From Bigelowiella natans CCMP2755 (lineage: Eukaryota > Protista > Cercozoa): a stretch of DNA of 38,870 nt. The notes beneath the pieces were generated by a model. It saw only the letters and a program-made list of their open reading frames with translations, was not told where the DNA came from and did no database searches. Positions within the stretch are counted from its first letter, which is position 1. Each line of letters starts with the position of its first letter. A program made the translations under genes and the position numbers. The DNA lies in NCBI GenBank assembly GCA_000320545.1, contig ADNK01002051.1, positions 1 to 38,870 on the forward strand, read 5' to 3'. Positions 24,417 through 34,750 of the stretch are shown piece after piece.

Positions 24417-26612
24417 TCAAGAGCCGATGGGCTTCCAGAGAGATTCTTTGGCTTCCTCGTCAAGATTGTGAGTGCTTCCGAGAGTGTTCATCAGCTTCAT
24501 TGTGGCATTGTCGGTGAGGTTGCTTGGTGGGGTCGAAACAACAAAATACATGTAACGACTGAAAGCATCCTCAGGAGTCATGAAAAAAATGCCATCGTTC
24601 GACGATATCGCTCCTACCCCTTCTTTAATCTCAGGATGTTCTTCCCATTTTTTGCTTTTATCGCTCCAGTCTCCCTTCCACTCTCCACCCTGGCCCCATG
24701 TGTTGCGTAGCTTGAGTAAGCGGATGCCATTCCCCTTATAACCACCAATCACAGCGTACGCGTGCAGGCGCACGATGCCTTTCATGTCCACATCTAATCT
24801 CGATTTGGGGTAATTTGAGCACCCAACGATGACCGCTTTGCCCCTTTCCGCAAGCATAGCCCTGTCGAATAGATCGTTAGGACTACGATCTTTGTTAGTC
24901 ATGTGAACCGCGTGACAGTTAAATCCGCTGTACGAATTGCTAACTTGTTCCTGGTTAAGTCCAGCTCCGCCCCTGGATATACAATCAAAGTGAAACGATT
25001 TGAATTTATTTATGAATCATTGGCATCTTCACATCACATTCAGTGACGAAAATGTAAATGAGACTCTTCATACCTCAGCTTAGCATAGGAGCCCCCGACT
25101 TTCGCCATGGCCTTTTCCAGCAGGCACATCCAGAATTCCCCATTGTTCTTCTTCGACTTCACGTACAGTGGCTTACCCCTCGAGGCAGGAAGGTAGTCGT
25201 CGACTGTCAACAACACAATGTCACCACGCTTACTTATCACAAGCCCTGAACATGGCTAAGTGGGCGAGACACAGCACTGAAGGCCAAAAAAGGTATAAGG
25301 AGGGGCATCGGATATCATTTCCCATGCCGGGGGGGTGTTAGGTTGTCACTCACCGATGATGTAGTACCAGCGCTTCTTTGACTGCATGTAGATCCGTACG
25401 CTGTATACTCCTTGGGGGTTCCAGCGGTTGGGCTCAATCAGAGCGTTTATGATGTCCTGATACCTGCCTAATCCAGAAAGGATCCCGATGAACCAGCAAT
25501 TGCCAATGCTCCCTTGGCACATGTCATCCACTTGCACGCCGCCAACAAAGACCTGAGGATATAGAGAGAGACGACAAATTATGATCGCGGTCAATAGACT
25601 CCTCCCTGCCAATCTCTCCCCCAGACCGCACCCAACTATCGAATCCCCACGCTCAATCAATTACATCAGGATAAGCGTGGAACTTCTCGACGCGCGCCCT
25701 GTTAGATAAGAGGAGGAAGGAATGTGAGATGTTACGTAGAGGTAGAGGTATTCAGTAATTGTGAGGATTAGGATGAACAGCTGCTCAAGTCTTGGGTGAC
25801 AACATACCAAGGTGATCCGCGGTCCCGAGGGTCTGGGTTGTTCTCTGCGTTCCTTGGCTTTCGCACCGACAGGGGCCTTAGACTATCGTCGCATGGAGGG
25901 AAATCTGGATCAATAAACTTCTTTCCCTCCTTCTCGCAGCGCTCAATGATGTCGTAAACGGGATCGTACTCAAGGAGGATGGGCACGGCTTGTTTGCCCA
26001 AGTCCATTCCGCAGAAACTAATTGAGTCCTTTGCTTTGGCCCCATCGATCAGGTCACGGCACTCAAGTTGGCTTGTCCTCTGATTCTCCTTCTCAATTGC
26101 CGCAAGTTCGGTAACAGATTTCAGCCCCACCATCTTAAAGTCTACGTCGGCCACCGGTGCCACCGAGAACTTTACAGATCCCTGCCACTCGGGCGTTTGG
26201 AGGACCATTAGCAGACGGATCAAAAAGCCCTCGCTCCCATCGGAAAATTTGATTTTTAGCGCTAAAGCTCTCGATAGATCGATCTCGATTGTAGAATGAT
26301 GTTGGCAGATGTACCCGGCCTTTGCATACTGAGTTGGCCTCTTGCCGCTGACAATTCTTTTCCCAGCGAAGCGCCCTTCCCCAGCATAGGCAACCAGCAT
26401 CGTCCCCATGGCTTTTGCGAATTCTCCCTTCCCTTCGACGGTCGCTACAATCTTCACTTTCGGACCGCCATCGCAACGTACGAACAGTTGCGCCTGCGGA
26501 TTGGCATGGTGAATGTAGCCTCCGTTGCTCTTTTTATCGGCTTCAACCTTCACCGAATCGGAAGCATCTTCTGGCCATTTCGGCCCTTTTTTTATTACTG
26601 GAATATATTGCG

Positions 26613-26652
<40 letters not shown>

Positions 26653-26708
26653 ATGTGTATGTGTGTACCGCCACCAGTTAGTTGTCACTTGCACACGCAT
26701 TTGCACTC

Positions 26709-26743
<35 letters not shown>

Positions 26744-27753
26744 GTATAACTTAGGTGGCTGAATTACCCTTTTCTCGTTGTTGAGCTGATTTACTATACC
26801 AAGCTTCGCGTTTCTTTTCGTAAGCCTCTATTTTAGCCCTCCTCTTTTGTTCAAGCTCTGGATTAGATTTCTTCATCATCCACGTCTGTGGGCCCGCTTT
26901 TCCGCTTTCGGTGCCCCCCTCATAAAAGTATCCAACATTCTTGACTTTCTGCAGGTATTTACAGTTTTCTGTTTTGACAAAACACGGTATTAAAGAATCT
27001 CTTGATTTAGACCCTAGATCTCGCAAAAATTTTACAGTTTTTTCAGTTATCGAGTTTTAATTCACCTCCAGGGATCCATCCCTTTTCAATTCCAGCCTGT
27101 TGCATCATGTAGACGCTCTTTTCCGAAGGTGGGTCGTCTCCAGGCCACATCAGATTCCCAAGATGTTTCCCAACTTCTGCTCCCCCAGCATTGACGGTTT
27201 CCCAATGATACATTTGTTTCTTTCGAATATCATCAATTTTCTTGCGGTCTTCACGGGATTTCTTTTCGTCTGCCTTCCCCCAGTCAGCCTGGTGCTGCTC
27301 CTCCTCTTTCCCGTTTTTCTCGATTTGCTTCATCTCGTGTTGCAGGGTAGGAATTTTCGAAATGTCGAAGACCTTCTCCTCTACGGCGGCGGCGAAGACA
27401 CGGACCCAGTCTGAGTGAGCTACCACGTCATCGTCATTGGCTGCCCCAAGCCAGTCACCCAAGAGGTCGAACTCCTCCTCGGTTGTCTCTGCCTTCTCTT
27501 CTTCAGACATGTCGTTATAGAGCTCTCGCTTCACCACCGACCACTTGTGAGGAGCCCTGGTGCGAGTGTATTGCAAAATCTCCTCAGCATAGGCATCATA
27601 ACCCCGCAGCATTTCGTAGCAACTCTTCTGATCCCCTGCTGCGTTCGGAGTCTGCATAGCTGCGTTCTGGGAATTGTTGTCGTTGTTATCGCCGTCGAGG
27701 CCTAACTCCTCTGCAATTTCGTCAATGACCGCTGAGCACGCTCCACACCCCAT
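24417..27753 (-). CDS. Calpain-family cysteine protease (CysPc, catalytic triad intact) with N-terminal acylation motif
   Basis: Start MGCGACS at 27753; FIDPDFPP; QGSIGNCWF (Cys); VDDYLP...EFWMCLLEKAMAKVGGSYAKL; LHAYAV (His); LRNTWGQGGEWKGDWSD (Asn); DGIFFM. Confidence 0.92.
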
Positions 27754-27864
27754 TTTTAGCTTTGAAAAAAGGTTGTACGATAGATGTACACAATGGATTT
27801 CGAGATATGTTAATAATATTCCACTTCGGTTGTGTCGGAGGCAAAAACCGTTTCGCTCGTGGTA

Positions 27865-29358
27865 GAATGTGAAGATCTCCGAGCACAGTCGTTGTCGCGA
27901 AGGCGTTTTCCCTGCCTTTTTTGTTTCCCAGAACGACACAGTTCGGTCGGTGAAAATCTCTTTCTGAAGCGTCACAAGGCGACAGTGTTGATCGTTGCGT
28001 GAAAACGGGATGCGTTTTCCAACCAGTACGCTTGCACCTCGATCATCAACACCCGCATGTTTGGAGAGATGTTGATTCTGGACAGTCGCGCTGTGCGGGG
28101 GAAAAAGAGTGAATGTTTGCTCGATGTGAATCTCAAACCTGAGACATCTGGACACTCTCCCACTTCTTCGTTCTTTGCATGAACTTGGAACTTTTTGGCC
28201 GATGCTTTTGAGAACGCTGCAACTGGCACGTTCAGCGATGCAGGTTTTGTCAGCAGCATCATTGCACGAAACACTTGTTCTTGTTCGCTCGTTCACTCAC
28301 TCGAAAGTTCGATTTTTCTTCTTCTTCTTCTTCTTCTTCTTCTTCTTCCACTTCTTCTTCACCGGCTTGCGTCTGAACTCCTCCTTTGCCACGCGTTTTG
28401 CCTGGGTTTGATCGATGCCGTCGTCGTTTCACACCCAGCACCATTGCAGCGCCGGTCTTTCGTGGTGCACTGGTGCACGCGGCATCGTGCAACGTTTGTT
28501 TCCTCACCTCTGAACTGACCTGGGAGCACGAGGACGATTTTCACCCTCGCTGGCTCGCACGGACCTGAACTGTTCAGTTTGCCCGACTCGTCGCAATGAG
28601 AGTGATGAGCTCAGAAGTGCCGCCACCGCCACAAGCTAGCAAGTTTGGTGCTCAACGTGGAGCACCTTCACGTGCGCGTTGCCACGCGATGCGCACGTGG
28701 CAATTGTGCCGTGCTCATGTGTGCGTGGAGCTTGTGGGACCTCCAGACCTCGCTAGCTCGCCAGCTCGTGCTGTGCGCGTGCGACAGACGAATTGAATCG
28801 AACTTGTTGTCTCCTGAAAATGGCGTGGTGCGGTGTGGGCGAGGCTGGCTAGCTGGGGAGGATGACTGGGTGACGATGCGATTTGATGATTGAAAAATTG
28901 ACAAGTTCATCACATCTGCACAGCTGTCTGTGCACTTCTAGCTTCCAGACTTGTGTGCGCATGCATGCATGTGATGATGGACACACATCATCTGTGCTCG
29001 CCATGCTGCATTGTCCATCAAAAATGTCCCCGGCCCCTTCATTGTGCAATGTGCATGGACACAGTTGTGCGATGCCCGCTGCCATGCACCAGTGCAACGT
29101 CTAGCAGTGTGCACATCATTGCACTGTCCATCATTGTGTGCATGCTGCATCGCATGCACACCAGCACACACAGTGTGTGCACGTACGTGCATGTGTGGTT
29201 GACTGTGCACGAGAAAAAGCACACACGCACGCACGTGTCATCATGCGCAGCCTGTGCGTGTGCAGTTTCACACATGTGTGTGTGCAAGCATTTGTGCAAA
29301 AGCATGCAGCAGAATGTTCACATGACGCATTTCAAAACACACATGATCATGGACACAG
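27865..29358. other. TpA-purged block (hypermutated relic DNA)
   Basis: Hand count gives 7 TpA in 1494 bp (28027, 28637, 28754, 28850, 28939, 29102, 29184). The DNA immediately flanking it is TA-rich. Confidence 0.9.
28889..28917 (+). mobile_element. Degenerate LINE 3'-end stub inside the TpA-purged block
   Basis: attgaaaaattgacaagttcatcacatct aligns to attgaaaaaatttaaacatttcattacatcc, with the TpA sites changed to TG/CA. Confidence 0.45.
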
Positions 29359-29748
29359 TAATAGCACATGTGTATTACATGCATGGTGTTACAATCGTAC
29401 ATGACATGTCTGCCATGAGCATCCCCAAGCATTGCAGACACAGTGATGGCATGCGATGTGCATTGTGTGCATGGTGTAGCATGTCTGTCATCATGTGTTG
29501 CACATGTTTGATGATGCGCACACATTCATTAGTCTTCAAGCACAACAGGCACATGTCAACAACTTCTTTGCAAACGTGTGTAGTTTCACACATGTGTGTA
29601 CAAGCATTTGTGTACAAAATGCAGAATGTTTACATGACGCATTTTAGAACATATGTGTGTTACACGTATTTGATAATACACATATATTCATTAGTCTTCA
29701 AGCATAACAGGCACATGTTAACAACCGAAACTTCTTTACAAACATGTG
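29257..29748. repeat. Interleaved direct repeats A1 (29257-29345), B1 (29494-29580), A2 (29575-29655), B2 (29656-29748)
   Basis: Shared cores agtttcacacatgtgtgt..caagcatttgtg..cagaatgtt.acatgacgcattt (A) and attcattagtcttcaagca.aacaggcacatgt.aacaac (B). Confidence 0.9.
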
Positions 29749-29819
29749 TTTCATTCATTATGACATCGAATTACACCTATAAATCTTCATCGAATCATTT
29801 TCCTCGCTTAAGTCCCATT

Positions 29820-29909
29820 TAGATAACCAACGCTTTTATGAGGGTTAGTTTTAAATCGCGTCAATAGATAGCCAACGCTTTTATAAGGGTTAAGTTTAAA
29901 TCGCGTCAA
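29820..29909. repeat. 45-bp tandem duplication overlapping the NOP10 stop codon
   Basis: tagataaccaacgcttttatgagggttagttttaaatcgcgtcaa / tagatagccaacgcttttataagggttaagtttaaatcgcgtcaa. Confidence 0.85.
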
Positions 29910-30097
29910 TATTTATAAGCTGGCTGTTGTGTTGGGAGTAGACCAAAGCGCTTTTTGCAAGTAATTCTCTGTGGTGAGAATTTATCATCTGGAGAAAATC
30001 TTGCGGGATGTGCGGACTTGGTTGCTTTTCCATTGACCATTTTCTTTAAAGTGTAAATTCTTTTGCCATTATCATCCAGGTAGTACATCAAGTGCAT
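29906..30097 (-). CDS. NOP10: H/ACA snoRNP subunit Nop10 (intronless)
   Basis: 63-aa [22 protein letters not shown]...[34 protein letters not shown], a canonical Nop10 sequence. Confidence 0.97.
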   Translation of the reverse strand: MHLMYYLDDNGKRIYTLKKMVNGKATKSAHPARFSPDDKFSPQRITCKKRFGLLPTQQPAYKY

Positions 30098-31031
30098 TGT
30101 TTCCTACAGCTGTTTCAGGTGGGGTGGGGAGGCGTTCTTGCCACCTCGTTCTGGAAAGTGCGTGTTTGAATTCCAGAGCATTTTTGCAATGAGACTTGAT
30201 TAAAGGCTAGTCGCAGGACATCATGATTCTTAACTAAGCAAGCTCATGTACGACATCAGGCCGATTTTTTCACAGTTTCCAAGATTCCGGGTCGAAAAAA
30301 ATGAGCTGCATTTTCTGCAAATATGGAAACAGTCCTTTGTCGTATGAACTCTAGATCCGAGATAAAAGACATCAGATATGTGTTAGCGGTTATCCCCGAG
30401 CGTAGAAAGTGACGGTTAAGCCGCTTTTTTCAGTTCCCATTATCTCTCTGTTTCAACCGATTTTTGCCAAGATTAGAGATTCTTACAACCGTAGATGCTC
30501 TCAATTTTACACTGCGACAACCCCTATTAATTAGTCGATAGCGCAACTTGGGCAGTCTTTCCTTGTCTCTCTGTGAGAAACAAGACTAACAACCAGCTCA
30601 CAAAAGCGCATGTGAATGAAGATGTCCTGTGAATATATCCAGGAAAGCTTCAATTTGGGATGTCGCTGTACATACTCCAAAGGTAATTTTTATTATGAGA
30701 AATCAGCATCGCTTCTCTAAATTCTGAAAGATCAAATGAATGTAGTAAGGGCGCGCAGCCTCCCCTGCCCCGCCCGCTTTGCTGCAAGGAATGAGGGGGG
30801 TCTTGGGGAAGATTTCACAATTTTTGGAGGATATGCTATCCTGAAATTTTTGTCATTATTTCCTCTATAAGTTATATAACGCGCAGCCGAGGTTGCATAT
30901 TATAAATCAACTATGTTCCATTTCGATCCATGGGACCTTTACAATATGCACTCTTGGTTGATGACCATTTTCTTTGCTCCATGATTTTGTTAAAGATTTT
31001 ATTTTGCTCTCAGTCTGGTTGGAGCTTCGGA

Positions 31032-32890
31032 ATGCGTTCCTCGGTATTCTTCTGCTTTTGCCTTTGCCTCTCACTTAATGGGCTTGGAGCCAGCGCCAGC
31101 TGCTCTGGAAAGAGCAGTGAGAGCCAGGACATTTGCGATGATGGCTACTTTCTCAACGAAGACAAGGTTACTTGCCGAGGTAAGACCTTACTCAGCTTCT
31201 ATTATTCATTCAGATTGATGTATCCCAAATTTGGCGACTGTATGTGCCCCACCCACCTGCAGATGTGAACGAGTGCGAAGGTGAGTTTTCGAAGAATGGA
31301 ACGATCGTCGAAGACGAACACGGGTGCTCGGATATCTGCAACAATGTCTGCGGTGGATACAAATGCTCCTGTAGTGGGGATCGGTTGCTGGACGAAGATG
31401 AAAGGAATTGCTATGGTACGTCTGCGGCCTCGTCGCTACCTGACTGTTACACGGCATGACATTATTGCATCGTTGGCAGAACCCAAATGCTCCACTGATG
31501 CGACTTACACGCTGACCATTGGAATCGAAGGTAATTTTGAGAAAAATCGACCTTCTGTGCGCCACATTGTGTGACATGGATGTGATGCCTTTCAAAGAGG
31601 GGGAAACCAGCTCCGACGAGCCAATCCTGAATGGCGAAAGTGCTCATAAGAACTGCAGTGATATCAACGGCAAGTACGAATCCTCTATCCTACTTTCGAA
31701 AATCGTCTCGCGGACAGAGATGGTTTCTCACAGATAAATTTTTGAGCATACTGTTACCCCCCCCCCTGCCACCACTACTAATGACCAGCTACACCGGGAT
31801 GATAGAGATGACGTGCGAGAAGGGTATCATGTCCGCCACCAACGCGAGTTGCGAAGGTAATGCCCATTCGTTGGAAGCAGCGTTTGTGTTTTCATCGTGG
31901 GAAACAAGCTGGGGAGCTGAGGTTCTCTTCTTTTACATTATCAGAGCTTTGCGAAGCCTCTGAGTGGGAGAATGCTCCGGGGGCCTCCTGCTCTCTCACT
32001 CTTGAGATGAAGTGCGACAAGACCAACCCTATGGAGTTTGGCCAAGTACGTCAGGTTCGCCAAATTCTTAAAGGAACACCTGGCTGTGTCGAAACTGAAA
32101 GGTAGTAGGGTGGTAGATAAGGGAGAGAGAATGGGGGGGGGGGGGGGGGAAACATGCCATCTGCTCATCCTACCCCTTATTATTAGCCCAGTGTCTTGGA
32201 AGAACGCACAATGGGTGGTTCAAACAACCAAAAAATGGTGGGGAAAAAAGTTCCAAAGCCGTGAGGTTTTGTATCCCCCCCTGTAACGGGGGGCATGTAC
32301 GTGCGTACAACCCCCCCAGTGGAGCATCCCAGGGCCAAAGCGTATTCTGGATGCCACATCAGCGTTGAATCTCTCCTCTGTTGCTTCCCGTCCGTCCCCT
32401 TCGTTGTTGCTTTGCCTCTTTCCGCTGGCAGGTATCACACATGCACCGTTGACAAAAACTGCCCTGTCGACTGCGTCCTAAGAGAATTGGGGCGGGTTGG
32501 AGCGAATGTACCCTTGACGTGCGGAGGGTGCGGGGTCGAGAAAAATAAACGGATAGGCACGCACCACGCCAAATATGGCGGGAACCTCTTCGTCAAGGAG
32601 GATTTATATGACTTCAGGGCATTGTATAACACCATAAAAACTTGCCCGGAGGACGTGGAGGCCCCCCCCTCCGAGTGCACCCCCGCCCGCCTCCGCTGCT
32701 GCCTCGAGGAGACCCAAACCCCCAGCCAACCGGACGGCTCAAGCGCGCTGACGAAGAAGTTCTTTCATGAAGCAAGTCCTCGTATTGAAACTAGGAGGGG
32801 GAAGGGGACGGATTTTTTTATGGGAATCGGTGGGGGCAAAAGAGAAGAAGAAGTGGTAGTTTCGTGGATTAATATATATATTAATATATA

Positions 32891-32948
<58 letters not shown>

Positions 32949-33566
32949 CATTTATATTGTTTACATTATCGCTTTTGCATTTTTTTAATACAATTATGAT
33001 TTGGAACATCTGGAACAACATTTTCATCTGGTGTTGAATTTATTTTGTCAAGTAACTTCGGACCCCCCCCCCCTCCCCCTTTCCCAGTGGCAGGTCACTA
33101 TCACAAAGGGCAGTGATGGTGCAGAGTGTGACGAGACGCCAACAATGGAGTCATGCAAGGGTCCACCATGCTCAGGTCGGTTGCGCTGCTAGTTCTCCTG
33201 TCGTGTTTCCGTTAGAGATGTTGGTGTCCGACGATGGTACTAAAGGAGAGAGGAGATTGAGTGAGAGGAGGGGGATACGATAACATGTTTTGCTGGGTCT
33301 TTTCTCTCTGTCCTGAGGCGCTGGTGGCTGTTGCTCCTTGTGCCGCTCACGATTGAATTCATCATCATCATCATCATCTACTACTACTACTACTCCTCTA
33401 CTCAGAAACCGTGCAGATCTTCAAGAACTACCAGTGCAGTGGGGAACCTTACCCTGTTCCAACAGATGAGGCCATCCTGGCCGAATTCACCGTGCAGAGC
33501 ATCGAGGACAACGAAAGCTGCATCACAGACAACGAGGGCACCTTCTCCTTCGACTGCGTGCGGCTG

Positions 33567-33603
<37 letters not shown>

Positions 33604-33742
33604 GCTGTGCGGTGGATGATGGAGAACATTAGTAGCAGTAGCGGAGATGATGCTGGTTTTGGCAAGAAACAGCAGGGTTATCACAGTTGATTGTTTGTCG
33701 TTAGTAGTCTCTCGCCATTTGCCTGCTGCCTCGGGCTTCATT

Positions 33743-33776
<34 letters not shown>

Positions 33777-34190
33777 GGCGCAGAACCTAACCAACGCCAA
33801 CCAGGAAGAGCTGAAGGGAGGACGCGTGGTGTTCAATCACCAGCTGGTCAACGACTTGCCGCAGTGCTGCTACTTCAAGGAGGGCAAAGGAGAAACGCTG
33901 AACATGTACGTGCTGGTTGCAACTAGCGGGCGCGAGACAGCACTCGTGAGCATGTAGTAGTAGCATATGCTGTGCGGCTAGAAGTGAAAGGAGGAAACCA
34001 ACGGAGAGAGAGTGAGAGAGTGAGAGGGGCTGTTGATGGATGGATAGATGGGTGTCCATATTGTTCCCCATTCTTTCTGTGATTATTGTTTTCATTCAAT
34101 TCACCCTCAAGGACGGTGACCGAAGGTGTCTCCTGCCTCAAGCCTGTCAAGCCCTCCACTGGCGGCTTTTTCGGGAAGCTGTTGTTTTGA
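31032..34190 (+). CDS. Secreted EGF-like (Ca-binding) and thrombospondin type-1 (spondin-like) repeat protein, multi-exon, with apparent frameshifts around 32200-32760
   Basis: Signal peptide MRSSVFFCFCLCLSLNGLGA; CDDGYFLNEDKVTCR/DVNECE...CSDICNNVCGGYKCSCSGDRLLDEDERNC (cbEGF); CEASEWE...RQVRQIL and CPVDCVL..WSECT..TCGG..HAKYGG (TSP1-spondin). The last exon ...KPSTGGFFGKLLF* ends at 34190. Confidence 0.7.
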
Positions 34191-34594
34191 GTTTTCGAAT
34201 TGCGAGAAGCATACAGTGATGCTCCCCCCTCCCCCCCCCCCCCCGCGCCGAGATATCATGATCGCGTAGAGGTAAAGAGCACCACGAGGTTGATTATTAT
34301 GTCCGCAGAACAACAAACAATATCAGAAATGCAATCCTGAAAAAAGTGTACATCCTTCGGTTGCCCAACATACCGGGATGTACCGTGTGTTCGATGTACT
34401 CAATAAAGCTTTCGCCATTCAGCGTGCATGACGCATCGTAAGTCAATGTAGAAATAACATCACAGCGAATTATTGCCATTTTCACTGTCTCTTGCTCTGC
34501 GAGCTACTTGTGGTCACACGCACGCATGCGCACTGCCCGTGGCTATATCACATTTGTTTGCCATAAGCGTACTTGTGCGTGTACGCGCTTGAGA

Positions 34595-34750
34595 GAGACG
34601 GATGCAATGAAGTGATTAAATCTTTTCAATGGTCATCATCATGCATGTAGTTGTGCAATTACAAAGCTGCGGCTACGTGCAGCGCTCATGTTGTGCCTGT
34701 TTGTCTCTCCTGCTGTGCGTAGCTGTGCAATGCAGCGGCTACACCGCTTG
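34595..34750 (-). mobile_element. LINE 3' fragment, same family as 18653 (with a partial second copy)
   Basis: gagacggatgcaatgaagtgattaaatcttttcaatggtcatc... aligns with 18653-18750 and encodes ETNRHNMSA...MTIEKI*. The 25 bp gtagctgtgcaatgcagcggctaca at 34719-34743 is identical to 18701-18725. Confidence 0.75.

Noticed and set aside
27754-28296. N-terminal extension of the 417-aa ORF upstream of calpain MGCGAC
   Set aside because: It lies mostly in the TpA-purged block where stops are scarce; the acylation motif marks 27753 as the likelier start.
28953-29822. 289-aa ORF (MCACMHVMM...) and the many overlapping C/H/M/V-rich ORFs nearby
   Set aside because: Artefact of TpA loss (TAA/TAG stops removed) in repetitive DNA; the composition is not protein-like.
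29257-29909. CRISPR-like or regularly spaced repeat array
   Set aside because: Only pairs of degenerate duplications in a eukaryotic context, with no constant repeat-spacer period.
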